Assembly (NCBI GenBank): GCA_965250005.1
Contig: OZ252279.1
Span: 60,001 to 92,000, forward strand
Reading direction: 5' to 3'
Source of the DNA: Demequinaceae bacterium
GTDB taxonomy: Bacteria; Actinomycetota; Actinomycetes; Actinomycetales; Demequinaceae
DNA: 32,000 bases
In this document: piece by piece, positions 9,622 through 19,000 of the stretch
Layout: each line of letters begins with the position of its first letter
How positions within the stretch are numbered: the first letter of the stretch is position 1
Notes under the pieces: model-generated
Told to the model about the DNA's origin: nothing
Databases searched by the model: none
The model's input: only the letters and a program-made list of their open reading frames with translations
Position numbers and translations under genes: made by a program

Positions 9622-11661
9622 TTGACCGTGGCGAACCGTCTAGCTTCTGAGACCAGCCCTTACCTGCTGCAGCACGCCGAGAATCCAGTCGACTGGTATT
9701 CGTGGGGGGCCGAGGCCTTCGAAGCTGCCCGCGCGCAAGACAAGCCCGTCTTTCTGAGCGTCGGCTATTCGGCGTGTCACTGGTGTCACGTGATGGCGCA
9801 CGAGAGTTTCGAGAACGAGGCGACTGCCGCGCTCATGAACCGCGACTTCATCTCGGTGAAGGTTGACCGCGAAGAACGCCCAGACGTTGACGCCATCTAC
9901 ATGAAGGCAGTGCAGGCGATGACAGAGCATGGGGGATGGCCCATGAGCGTCTTTCTGACGCCGGAGGGTGAGCCGTTCTACGGTGGCACCTACTTTCCCG
10001 ACAAGCCGCGTCATGGATTGCCGTCTTTCGCGCAGGTGCTTGAGCGCATCGCTGAGCTGTGGAAGACACAGCGGAGCGATCTGGTCGATTCGGGAAATCG
10101 GCTGTCGGCCGACCTCGTTCAGAGCGTCGGCTCGTCGAGCGCGACTGCGCTCACGGCAGCCGACGTCTCAGTTTTCGATGCCGCCATGAACGGATTGAGG
10201 CGCACCTTCGATTCCACGAACGGCGGCTGGGGCGGGGCGCCTAAGTTTCCCCAGCCGGCAGTCATCGAGTTTGCCTTGCGCCGGCACCTCGCCACGGGTG
10301 ACCTGTCGCTGCTCGACATGGCGACCTCGAGCCTCGATGCGATGGCGCACGGAGGCATCTATGACCAACTCGGCGGTGGGTTCCACCGTTATGCGGTCGA
10401 TGACATTTGGCTTGTGCCTCACTTCGAGAAGATGCTCTACGACAACGCCCAGTTGGCTCGGGTGTACCTGCATGCCTGGCAGGTCACCGGCAAGCCTTTC
10501 TATCGACGCATAGTCGAAGAGACGCTCGACTACGTGGCCCGTGAGATGCGCGAGCCGAGCGGCGGCTTCTATTCGGCACAGGACGCTGACTCTGAGGGGG
10601 AGGAAGGGCGATTCTTCGTCTGGACTCCGGCCCAGATCGTAGAAGTGACCGGCGACGCTTCCCTCCTGATGGTGGCCTACGGCGTCACCCAAGGCGGCAA
10701 CTTCGAGGGCAAGAACATCCTGCGCGTTGTGAAGTCGGCTGAAGACCTGGCGCTTGAGTTTGGCATCGCGGTGGATGACGTCAACGCGCGGATGCGCCGG
10801 GCACGCGAGCTGTTGTTGGCCGCTCGCGGCACTCGGGTGCGGCCGAGTACCGACGACAAGGTGCTCGCCGGCTGGAATGGTCTGATGTTGACCGCATTCG
10901 CGGAGGCGGCTCGCGTGCTGGATCGCGAGGACTACCGGCTGATCGCCGAGGCAAACGCTGAGTTTGTGCTGTCACAACTGACGGGGACGGGCGGCCGCCT
11001 TCTGCGCACATGGAAGGGCGGCGAGGCGAAGCTCAACGGCTATCTCGAAGACTATGCGCTCTATGCTGAAGGCCTCCTTGAGCTCTACCAGACGACTTTC
11101 GACCCGGTGTGGTTCGATGCGGCCGTCGAGTTCGCAAACCTGATTGTGGCCCACTTCGCTGACCCTGCATCCGGCTTTTTCGATACGAGCGATGACCATG
11201 AGCAGCTGCTGTTTCGCCCTAAAGAGACGCAGGACGGAGCCATGCCGTCGGGCGGGTCAGTGGCAGCTATGGTTCTCGCCAAGCTCGGCGCGTTCACCGG
11301 CGACACCGGCTACTCTGACGTGGCCGAGGTGGCTCTAGCCTCGATGCGCGCAGAGATGTCGAAAGCTCCTCTCGGCTTCGCGAACTGGCTGTCGGCACTC
11401 GACTTCGTGTTGTCTGAGCCGAGCGAACTAGCGATTGTGGGCGCGGATGCTCTGCCGATGCTGCGCCTCGTGCGATCCACTTACCGACCCAATCTGATCG
11501 TCGCCGCCAAGGTGGGGGATGATGATAGCAGCGTGCCCTTGCTCACAGATCGAGACGCCGTCGACGGGGCGACAACCGCTTACTTGTGTCGGCAATTCGC
11601 GTGCGAACGCCCTGTCACCTCTGCGGATGACCTAGCCGCACTCCTTCATGCAAAGCTCTAG
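9622..11661 (+). CDS. Thioredoxin-domain protein of the DUF255/YyaL family (thioredoxin-like N-domain plus alpha/alpha-toroid C-domain)
   Basis: 679-aa [56 protein letters not shown] is the hallmark DUF255 N-terminus. GAGGAA lies at 9611-9616. The start is TTG 9622 or GTG 9628. Confidence 0.85.
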   Translation: MTVANRLASETSPYLLQHAENPVDWYSWGAEAFEAARAQDKPVFLSVGYSACHWCHVMAHESFENEATAALMNRDFISVKVDREERPDVDAIYMKAVQAMTEHGGWPMSVFLTPEGEPFYGGTYFPDKPRHGLPSFAQVLERIAELWKTQRSDLVDSGNRLSADLVQSVGSSSATALTAADVSVFDAAMNGLRRTFDSTNGGWGGAPKFPQPAVIEFALRRHLATGDLSLLDMATSSLDAMAHGGIYDQLGGGFHRYAVDDIWLVPHFEKMLYDNAQLARVYLHAWQVTGKPFYRRIVEETLDYVAREMREPSGGFYSAQDADSEGEEGRFFVWTPAQIVEVTGDASLLMVAYGVTQGGNFEGKNILRVVKSAEDLALEFGIAVDDVNARMRRARELLLAARGTRVRPSTDDKVLAGWNGLMLTAFAEAARVLDREDYRLIAEANAEFVLSQLTGTGGRLLRTWKGGEAKLNGYLEDYALYAEGLLELYQTTFDPVWFDAAVEFANLIVAHFADPASGFFDTSDDHEQLLFRPKETQDGAMPSGGSVAAMVLAKLGAFTGDTGYSDVAEVALASMRAEMSKAPLGFANWLSALDFVLSEPSELAIVGADALPMLRLVRSTYRPNLIVAAKVGDDDSSVPLLTDRDAVDGATTAYLCRQFACERPVTSADDLAALLHAKL

Positions 11662-11750
11662 TCGTTGCCGCAGCGTCGGGAACCAGCGGTTGCTTCGAAC
11701 CTAGCGGGTTGGACGGTGTCGCGCGCGGGAAAATGCCGGTGAGACTCGCG

Positions 11751-12341
11751 TTACCGTGAGGTAGGTGTTGTGACGGTTGATTTCGACCGCCGCACCCACC
11801 AAATCGCGAGGCCCGCCAAGGCCGCCGCGGAGAGGAACCAGCCACCGTTTGCGGAGAAGGTGAAACCAATCAAAATGGCTGCGAGGAAGGCGCCCGCCAT
11901 TCGCAGGGGGCTGCGCGGAACCAGCAAGAGGACCGCGGAGATTGCCATCGCGATCCCGCCTGTCTGTATGCCGAAAACGAACGGCCACCCGCCCCACGCC
12001 AATCCAAACGCGTCCTCAAGCAAGTTCCCGAGTGCTCCCGCCGCCCATCCGACGGCACTGAGCCATAAGAAGATCTGCGTCGCTCGGTGGGTTGCTGCGC
12101 GGGCGAGAATGGCCATGACCACTGCGACTGCGGTCCATACGAGCGTCGCGGTAATGACGGCTGAATAGTCGAGCAACGTCACCGGATCCCAGTAGGCAGG
12201 CTCCGCGAACTCGATTGCCGAGCGGACCACGAAGAGAGCGCCGGCTGCGAGCGACCATTTTGCAAGCACGCCGCGCCTCCTGCGGCGAGGGGCGCTGGAG
12301 TCAGAGGCGGTTGCAGCGGTGGCAGTCGGTTCAGAGTTCAT
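11751..12341 (-). CDS. Hypothetical integral membrane protein
   Basis: Several hydrophobic helices (LAAGALFVV, VITATLVWTAVAVVMAIL, IFLWLSAVGWAAGALG, GGIAMAISAVLLLV, AFLAAILIGF, LSAAALAGLAIWWV). I chose ATG 12341 (MNSEPT...); the upstream 52 aa of the track ORF look non-coding. Confidence 0.55.
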   Translation of the reverse strand: MNSEPTATAATASDSSAPRRRRRGVLAKWSLAAGALFVVRSAIEFAEPAYWDPVTLLDYSAVITATLVWTAVAVVMAILARAATHRATQIFLWLSAVGWAAGALGNLLEDAFGLAWGGWPFVFGIQTGGIAMAISAVLLLVPRSPLRMAGAFLAAILIGFTFSANGGWFLSAAALAGLAIWWVRRSKSTVTTPTSR

Positions 12342-12405
12342 ATGGGCGATGCTACTTCGCGGCCCGTACGTTCGAGGCGCGGGGCGCCTCACACCCGGCG
12401 TCGAG

Positions 12406-12543
12406 GTGCTCGGACACTCGCGCGAGGCCGACGTGCTCGAGGTGGTCGACTGGGTCACCATGAACGACCCCGCCGCGTTCCACGAGGGCGTCGCCATGAT
12501 GGGTGATGGGCTGATGCCGCCGGCGCCGGACCAGATCCGCTAG
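12406..12543 (+). CDS. Possible small ORF of unknown function
   Basis: The frame of track ORF 12319..12543 shows almost all G/C at codon third positions from about 12400 onward (gtc gag gtg ctc ... gac cag atc cgc tag). That bias is typical of real coding sequence in this genome. The start is not determinable and no family was recognised. Confidence 0.3.
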   Translation: MLGHSREADVLEVVDWVTMNDPAAFHEGVAMMGDGLMPPAPDQIR

Positions 12544-12800
12544 CGCTCGTCCTTGATCGGCTCGCCCATCCTTTCGACGATCCGCTTGCGCGCCGCCGCG
12601 ACTTGCTCGAGGTAATCCGGCTGGAACGGTTCAACCAGAACCCGCTCGAGCGAACAGAGTGCGTCATTGAGCGCCCAGTACTTCGGGGTCGCGCCAGCAA
12701 CAGTGCGCAGCCTGTTCGTGTCGTCGTGCTGCGACAGCCACTCGAACAATACGAGGGCGGCGTCGGCAACGAGCCGGATCTCAGTCTCCTGGCGCTTCAT
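12540..12800 (-). CDS. Hypothetical small protein (86 aa)
   Basis: ORF with ATG start and no recognisable motif. It lies at the left border of the accessory region. Confidence 0.45.
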   Translation of the reverse strand: MKRQETEIRLVADAALVLFEWLSQHDDTNRLRTVAGATPKYWALNDALCSLERVLVEPFQPDYLEQVAAARKRIVERMGEPIKDER

Positions 12801-12911
12801 GCGTCCGGGATAGGCGCCGTGCGCGCACGCCGGTCGTCGACGGCGGCAGCTGCGCTCGCGCGCTTACGCCCAGGCATCGCCCCACCGCGCGGCCTCGAAC
12901 AGCGCCTCAAC

Positions 12912-13076
12912 CTACCGGGGACTGTCGCCCACGGGCCGCTTGCGAAACCACTTCGGGGTGTTCCAGTTGGGGAGCAACGTGACGTCGTCGGGCATCTGCT
13001 TGTCGTTGACAGTCGAGATCAGGCTTCCGGTGAGGACGATCAAGCGTGAGCGCGCCGGGATCGGGGCGCTGGCCCC
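12912..13076 (-). other. Orphan gene 3'-end fragment, paralogous to 14942-15110
   Basis: The translation GASAPIPARSRLIVLTGSLISTVNDKQMPDDVTLLPNWNTPKWFRKRPVGDSPR* aligns with IGAPIPVRSCVVVLTWSRVPEINYEHMPDDVSVLHKRNTPRWFRKQP at 14942-15110. The 16-nt core TGACGTCGTCGGGCAT is identical at 12980-12995 and 15028-15043. Nothing homologous precedes it in frame. Confidence 0.55.
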
Positions 13077-13960
13077 TGGGTCCACGCTCGAGTGCTGGGA
13101 TCCCATGTGCCGGCTTCGACGGCCCCGCTCATCACGGGGTCCACGAACTCACGGGTGGACGTGACGGCGCTGTCGAAGTCCGCCGGGACGGAGCTTTCGT
13201 TTCCAAACCCGCGGTGCAACGAAGCCCAGTCGCTTCGCCACGAATCGACGGGCTCCAGGTACGAGGCGGGAACGAGCTTTCGCCGCAGTTGCTCCAACGC
13301 GAGGGCCTCTGCCAGGTGAGCCGCGTTCACCCGTGCTGCCGCGGCGATCGCGCACAGGTCGTAGAGGTCACGGGGCCGGCTGCTCTGACCGCTTCCGTAG
13401 GAGGCCATGACTGCACAGACCTTGTCGGCGATGTGGTCCTCGATAGGGAAGACGGCGACGCCGACCGGCGACGCGCCTGCGGCCTCGAATGGCGGTGGCT
13501 TGGCGACGGTCGTCACGTGCCCCGTCGGCTCCCTCGTCACCACCACGTCGATCTTGAGCTTCGCCATGAACGTGGCAGAGATCGTCACGTCAAACTTGAC
13601 CGTGAGCCCCACGTATCCGCCGGTCTCGCTCGCTCGAAGGACGCGCGGCTCACCGCTGGTCGTGAACGTGAGGCCGTCGCCAAGGTCGAACGCGGCGGCC
13701 TGATCGAGCGCCTCCGCGGCTTCGCGCGAGGAACGGGCATCGCCACGAACGTCGAGGTCGTGGGTTTTGCGTGTCGTGATGCCGCGCGCGGCAAGGGCCT
13801 GGCCACCCTTGAGCATAAACATCGCAGAATGGGTCCGGGCGACGCGTTGGAGGAGCTGATGCACAGCGGCGTCGAGTAGTGCGCGGGTACCGTCGACGCC
13901 CTGTGCCTTCGCCTGGTTGAGGATCTCCTGGCGATCGAGCCGTACTGGCGCGCTACTCAT
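13040..13960 (-). CDS. abiEii: AbiEii/AbiGii-family nucleotidyltransferase toxin (DUF1814), type IV TA
   Basis: 306-aa ORF. FMLKGGQALAARG...RKTHDLDV (NTase G-G...DxD region) and RPRDLYDL are family hallmarks. Its ATG (13960-13958) overlaps the end of the upstream antitoxin gene by 8 nt. Confidence 0.85.
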   Translation of the reverse strand: MSSAPVRLDRQEILNQAKAQGVDGTRALLDAAVHQLLQRVARTHSAMFMLKGGQALAARGITTRKTHDLDVRGDARSSREAAEALDQAAAFDLGDGLTFTTSGEPRVLRASETGGYVGLTVKFDVTISATFMAKLKIDVVVTREPTGHVTTVAKPPPFEAAGASPVGVAVFPIEDHIADKVCAVMASYGSGQSSRPRDLYDLCAIAAAARVNAAHLAEALALEQLRRKLVPASYLEPVDSWRSDWASLHRGFGNESSVPADFDSAVTSTREFVDPVMSGAVEAGTWDPSTRAWTQGPAPRSRRAHA

Positions 13961-14909
13961 CGTGTGTGTCCTGCGTCAGTTCTGAGATGCTCGCCACGTC
14001 CTGCAGGGTCAGCCACGGAATGGTCGCGAGTATGTTGGCGCGCTCCGCGTACGCGGCGCTGATGGGCTCAATTATTCGAGACACCTGCTCGATAATCATC
14101 GCGTGCTTGCGGACCTCGTCGACGGCCGCGGCGCCGAGTGCGGACGTAACCTCAGCGAGCATGGGTGCCGTGATGCGGCGGTATTCCTCGAGCGCCGATG
14201 CGGTGATGGAGTGGGCCACCTCCACCATCGCGTCGGCGCCAATCGCGGACTCCGCGAGCCGTGCCGCGAGGGCTTTGGTGTCGATGCCGTTGTAGGCAAG
14301 CATGCGATCTACGGCGCGCTCGCGTTCAGTCAGGGACCTACCGGGCAGGCGCGCTACTACCTTGTCCCGCGTCGTCTTGCGCGCGTCGATGGCGTCCCCC
14401 AGCACATCGGCGACGTGCGACTCGTCTGGCTCGGTTCGGGCGAGGTCGGCGATGGTGCGTTCCGGCGTCGTGACGAGCATTCCGGCCTCGACGCGCACGT
14501 CTGATACTCCGAGGGGCCGGTGCGAGAGCTTGACGCCGTCGCGTGTCGATTGCTTGCGGTAGTTCGCGGTGTACCTATTGTCATCCGCATACAGGTTGCC
14601 GATGCCGTGCACTTGAGCGGCGCTGCGATGCGAGACGGCAATCATGTGCTGCTTGTCGGTGAGGCGTTCTGCAGCGGTGCGGCCAGGGTCGAGGGCTAGC
14701 CAGTTGGCGCGAAGGAGTTCGTGCTCGTCACGCGGCGCACCGCCCATTCGGTAAACGGCGTGGGTGATGCGGTCGAGCGTGCCGGCGTCCTCGAGGCGGG
14801 CGAGCGTGAGCCGGGGCACGCCAACGAGCGCGGCCTGTCGTGATGTCACGAGGCCGCGCTGCGATTCGGCGATGCCCGAGAGTGCGACAGCCGCTTCCTG
14901 CGCTTTCAT
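13953..14909 (-). CDS. abiEi: AbiEi-family antitoxin/transcriptional regulator (N-terminal wHTH, AbiEi_4-like)
   Basis: 318-aa ORF. GLVTSRQAALVGVPRLTLARLEDAGTLDRITHAVYRMGG plus ...VTTPERTIADLAR is the AbiEi pattern. It sits directly upstream of, and overlaps, abiEii. Confidence 0.85.
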   Translation of the reverse strand: MKAQEAAVALSGIAESQRGLVTSRQAALVGVPRLTLARLEDAGTLDRITHAVYRMGGAPRDEHELLRANWLALDPGRTAAERLTDKQHMIAVSHRSAAQVHGIGNLYADDNRYTANYRKQSTRDGVKLSHRPLGVSDVRVEAGMLVTTPERTIADLARTEPDESHVADVLGDAIDARKTTRDKVVARLPGRSLTERERAVDRMLAYNGIDTKALAARLAESAIGADAMVEVAHSITASALEEYRRITAPMLAEVTSALGAAAVDEVRKHAMIIEQVSRIIEPISAAYAERANILATIPWLTLQDVASISELTQDTHDE

Positions 14910-14941
14910 ACTGTTATTGTTGCATTAATTGCGATACTTTT

Positions 14942-15184
14942 CTAGATCAGAGCGTCCACTTGCTCGGCGTTGTAGATGGCCGGCTGCTTGCGGAACCACC
15001 GCGGAGTGTTCCGCTTGTGCAACACGCTGACGTCGTCGGGCATGTGCTCGTAGTTGATCTCCGGCACGCGCGACCAGGTGAGCACCACCACGCACGAGCG
15101 CACCGGGATGGGCGCCCCGATCTTCGCGCTCAGCAGCGTGGATGCCCGCGCGGCCTCGTGCCGCGCGTTGCGCCGCAGCGCGCG
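14942..15184 (-). pseudogene. In-frame continuation (80 codons) of the 15185..15901 frame beyond its TAG. Either the cut-off C-terminal domain of an inactivated gene or a replacement 3' end.
   Basis: My own translation immediately after TAG (15187-15185), in the same frame: RALRRNARHEAARASTLLSAKIGAPIPVRSCVVVLTWSRVPEINYEHMPDDVSVLHKRNTPRWFRKQPAIYNAEQVDALI*, with the stop at 14944-14942. It is homologous to the fragment at 12912-13076. Confidence 0.5.
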
Positions 15185-15901
15185 CTACGCAAACGCCAGC
15201 CGCGTCCCACCGATCAAGGCGCCGACCAGCAGGAGCCAAGCGGCCCATATCGATGGGGTGCGCGTAGTGATGTCAACCACGACTGCCGCGAAGCGCTGTG
15301 CGCGAGCTTCCTGTGCTTGGAGTCGCTCGCGGCGTCTCTTGATTTTGACCGCCTCGCGGGGGCGCTTCTTCGGTGGGACCGGTACCCAGTTCACCCAAGC
15401 GAGTTCCGCCGCCTTGCGGCCATCCTCGCCGATCTCTCGGACGCGATTCGCTGTCGCGGACGCGCCTCCAACGAGTGCGACCACGCAAGCTACAAAGAAA
15501 GCCCACCAGAGCGTGTAGCCTACATTCGTGGAGACGTCGTCGCTTTCGAGCGAGCCGTCCGTAAACCCTGCGAGCACTGTCGCCGCGATAATCGCGAACG
15601 GCCAAATGAAGAGACTTGCGGCGCGGGCGAGGCTGGGTTCGAAAGCGTTGCGCCCACCAGCGGTGGCATGAAAAGGCTGGCGCCACGTTGGCAGAACGAC
15701 GGCAAGCGCGACGACTCCAAGAATGACTGCGGCGACGTGGCCAGCGTCCGACGCCCACGGCCAACCCGTGACGCGGAAGGCGGCTCCGGCGATCAGCGCT
15801 GGGAGCCAGCCCCGCACGTAACCTGCGCTTGATCGATCGATCAGTCGGATTAGGTTGTCTGGATCAAGATGCCACATGCGTGCTGGTGCCTTGTTGGACA
15901 T
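15185..15901 (-). CDS. Hypothetical multi-pass membrane protein, possibly truncated by a nonsense codon
   Basis: 238-aa ORF. ATG 15901 is preceded by GAGAGGAA (minus strand). It has 4-5 hydrophobic segments and a basic linker (PPKKRPREAVKIKRRRERLQAQEARAQR). It ends at a TAG, after which the frame stays open for 80 more codons. Confidence 0.55.
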   Translation of the reverse strand: MSNKAPARMWHLDPDNLIRLIDRSSAGYVRGWLPALIAGAAFRVTGWPWASDAGHVAAVILGVVALAVVLPTWRQPFHATAGGRNAFEPSLARAASLFIWPFAIIAATVLAGFTDGSLESDDVSTNVGYTLWWAFFVACVVALVGGASATANRVREIGEDGRKAAELAWVNWVPVPPKKRPREAVKIKRRRERLQAQEARAQRFAAVVVDITTRTPSIWAAWLLLVGALIGGTRLAFA

Positions 15902-16001
15902 CGGTTCCTCTCAGGATCACGTGGTGGCCGCCGCGCCGCGCGAGTTGCGGGCGCGACCACTAGTATCCAAGAAGGGCCTGACAATCGCGCGGGGAGACTC
16001 A

Positions 16002-19000
16002 ATGACGGCAGTCACAACGCTCGACGACGTCCTCGACGACCTGCGCGCCAACGCCACCGGCATCCGCGACAAGGGCACAGCGTTCGAGAACCTCACCCTC
16101 GAGTTCTTCCGCACCAACCCCCTCCACCAGTCCGAGTTCGCCACGGTCCAGACCTTCGCCGACTGGGCGCCCCAGGGTGGCAAGCGCGACACCGGTATCG
16201 ACCTCGTCGCGACTCGCCACGACGGCGGGATCACCGCCATCCAGTGCAAGTTCTACGACGAGGGACACACGGTCCAGAAGTCGGACATCGACTCGTTCTT
16301 CACTGCGTCCGGCAAGAAGCCGTTCACAGAACGCATCATTGTCAGCACCACCGACAAGTGGAGCGACAACGCCGAGGCGGCGCTCGAGAACCAGCATCTC
16401 GACACCACGCGCTTCGGCCTGGACGACATGCGCACCAGCCCCGTCGAATGGGCGATTCTCAAGAACCTCACCGAGGCGCCCAAGCTCAAGAAGCGGAAGC
16501 CCAAGCAGCTGCGCCCGCACCAGCGCGCCGCGATCGACGACGTCGTCGCAGGCTTCGCGACCTCGGCTCGCGGCAAGCTCATTATGGCGTGCGGCACGGG
16601 CAAGACGTTCACGTCCCTCAAACTTGCCGAGGAGATGGTCAAGCCCGGCGGAAGCGTGCTGTTCCTCGTCCCGTCGATCTCGCTCCTTTCGCAGTCCCTT
16701 AAGGAGTGGGGAGCGGAGCGCGAGGCGGAGATGCGCTTCTTCGCCGTCTGCTCCGACACGCACGTGGGCCGCACGCGCAAGCAGAAGGAACTCCACGAGG
16801 ACATCAGCGCGCATGACCTCGAGATCCCCGCGACCACCAAGTCCGAAAAGCTCGTCGACGGCGCCAGCGCTACCTCAAAAGGCGCCATCACGGTCGTCTT
16901 CGCCACGTACCAATCCATCGACGTGGTCAGCGCCGCCCAGCGCGCAGGCCTTCCCGACTTCGACCTCATCATCTGCGACGAAGCGCACCGCACCACCGGA
17001 GTCACGCTCACGGGGGAGGGCGACAAGGAGTCCGCGTTCGTCAAGGTTCACGACAACGCGAACGTCGCCGCCAAGCGTCGCGTCTACATGACGGCGACGC
17101 CGCGCGTGTACGGCGAGGACGCGAAGAAGAAGGCCGTCGAAGGCGCCGCTGTGCTCGCGTCGATGGACGACGAGGAGGTGTTCGGCCCGGAGTTTCACCG
17201 CCTCGGCTTCGGGGAGGCGGTAGACGCCGGCCTGCTCGCGGACTACAAGGTGCTGATCCTTAGCGTCGTCGAGGACTACGTGGCGCACGCGCTCCAGACC
17301 GTGCTGGCGAGTGACGGAAACGAAATCGACCTCACCAACGCAGCCAAACTGGTCGGCTGCTGGAATGCGTTGGCCAAGCGCGGCGACGTCGAGCAGTACG
17401 GCGATGACCCGGGCGCGATGCGCCGCGCAGTGGCGTTCTCGCAGACCATTAAGGCGTCCAAAGGTGTGACTGCCGCGTTCGAGGAGCTGAGCGACGCGCT
17501 CGTGGGTGCGGCGGCGGACGGGACGCGCCTGAGCGTCGAGGCGAACCACGTGGACGGCACCCAGAACGCCCTATACCGAAACGAGCAACTTGCCTGGCTC
17601 AAGGCGGAGGCGCCGGACGATTCGACGTGCAGGATTCTCTCAAACGCGCGCTGTCTGAGCGAAGGAGTAGACGTCCCGGCACTCGACGCGGTGCTGTTCC
17701 TGAACCCGCGGAACTCGATCGTGGACGTAGTCCAGAGCGTGGGCCGTGTGATGCGCAAGTCGGAAGGGAAGAAGTTCGGCTACGTCATCATCCCGGTCGC
17801 GGTGCCCTCGGGCCTTGAGCCGCACGAGGCGCTCGACAAGACGGACCGCTACAAGGTCGTCTGGGAGGTTCTGCGCGCGCTGCGGTCTCACGATGAACGG
17901 CTCGAGGCGACTGTCAACACACTCGATCCGACCAAGCCAAACGATCGCATCATCCCGGTCAACATTGGCGCCGGGGGCTCAGGGAGCGATCGGAACGATG
18001 ACACGCCGGATGGCACCCCCGTCGAGACTCAGGGCTCACTTGACCTTCGGGACTCGCCGGTTTGGCGCGAAGCTATCTTCGCCCGCCTGGTCAAGAAGGT
18101 TGGCCAGCGGATGTATTGGGACCGCTGGGGCAAGGAAGTCGCTGACGCCGTCGCCCGGACTACTTCGCGCATCAACGCGATCCTCGCGCGTGACAAGGCA
18201 GCCCAGCGCGAGTTCGACACGTTTCTCGAGGGCATCCGCCGCAACCTAAATGACAGCATCAGCCGCGACGATGCGGTGAGTATGCTTGCCCAGCACCTCG
18301 TGACGGAGCCCGTGTTCAACGCAGTGTTCCGCGAGTTCGAGTTTGTCGAACACAACACCGTGGCGCGGACGATGCAGAACATGCTTGACGTCCTCAACCA
18401 AAAGAACCTCGAGACCGAGGGCAGCGAGCTCGACGAGTTCTACAAGGCGGTGAGAACACGGCTCGACGGAGTCGATGACGCCGGCCGCATGCAGTTTGTC
18501 AACGAGCTCTACGAGAAGTTCTTCAAGCGCGCCTTCCCCACGGTCGCGGGTCAGCTCGGAATCGTATACACGCCCGTCGAAATTGTCGACTTCATCATTC
18601 GCAGCGTGGAGCACGTGCTTAACGAGGAGTTCGACGCCTCGCTGAGCGACAAGGGTGTGCACGTGCTCGATCCGTTCACGGGGACGGGCACGTTCATCGT
18701 GCGGCTGCTCCAGAGCGGCCTGATCAAACCCGAGGACCTGCTTTACAAGTACACGCACGAGCTCCACTGCAACGAGATCCTGCTGCTCGCGTACTACATC
18801 GCGGTGGTGAACGTCGAGGCGACGTTCCACTCGCTGCGCGGCGGCGAGTACGTGCCGTTCGAGGGGGCGGTACTCGCAGACACGTTCCAGATGACGGAGG
18901 ACGGCGACACGCTCGACGGCGACGTGTTCACCGCGAACAGCGAGCGAATGAAGCAGCAGCGGGAACTCGACATACGCGTGATCGTCGGCAATCCGCCGTA

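Noticed and set aside
15961-15966. TAGTAT hexamer 36 nt upstream of the RM start as a possible -10 element.
   Set aside because: A single TANNNT match without a supporting -35 or TSS evidence is too weak to report as a feature.
15855-16001. 49-codon N-terminal extension of the RM ORF in the track (MSGSRCHMRAGALLD...).
   Set aside because: It overlaps the divergent membrane-protein gene start and lacks an SD. ATG 16002 follows GGGGAGA, and the conserved nuclease domain begins right after it.
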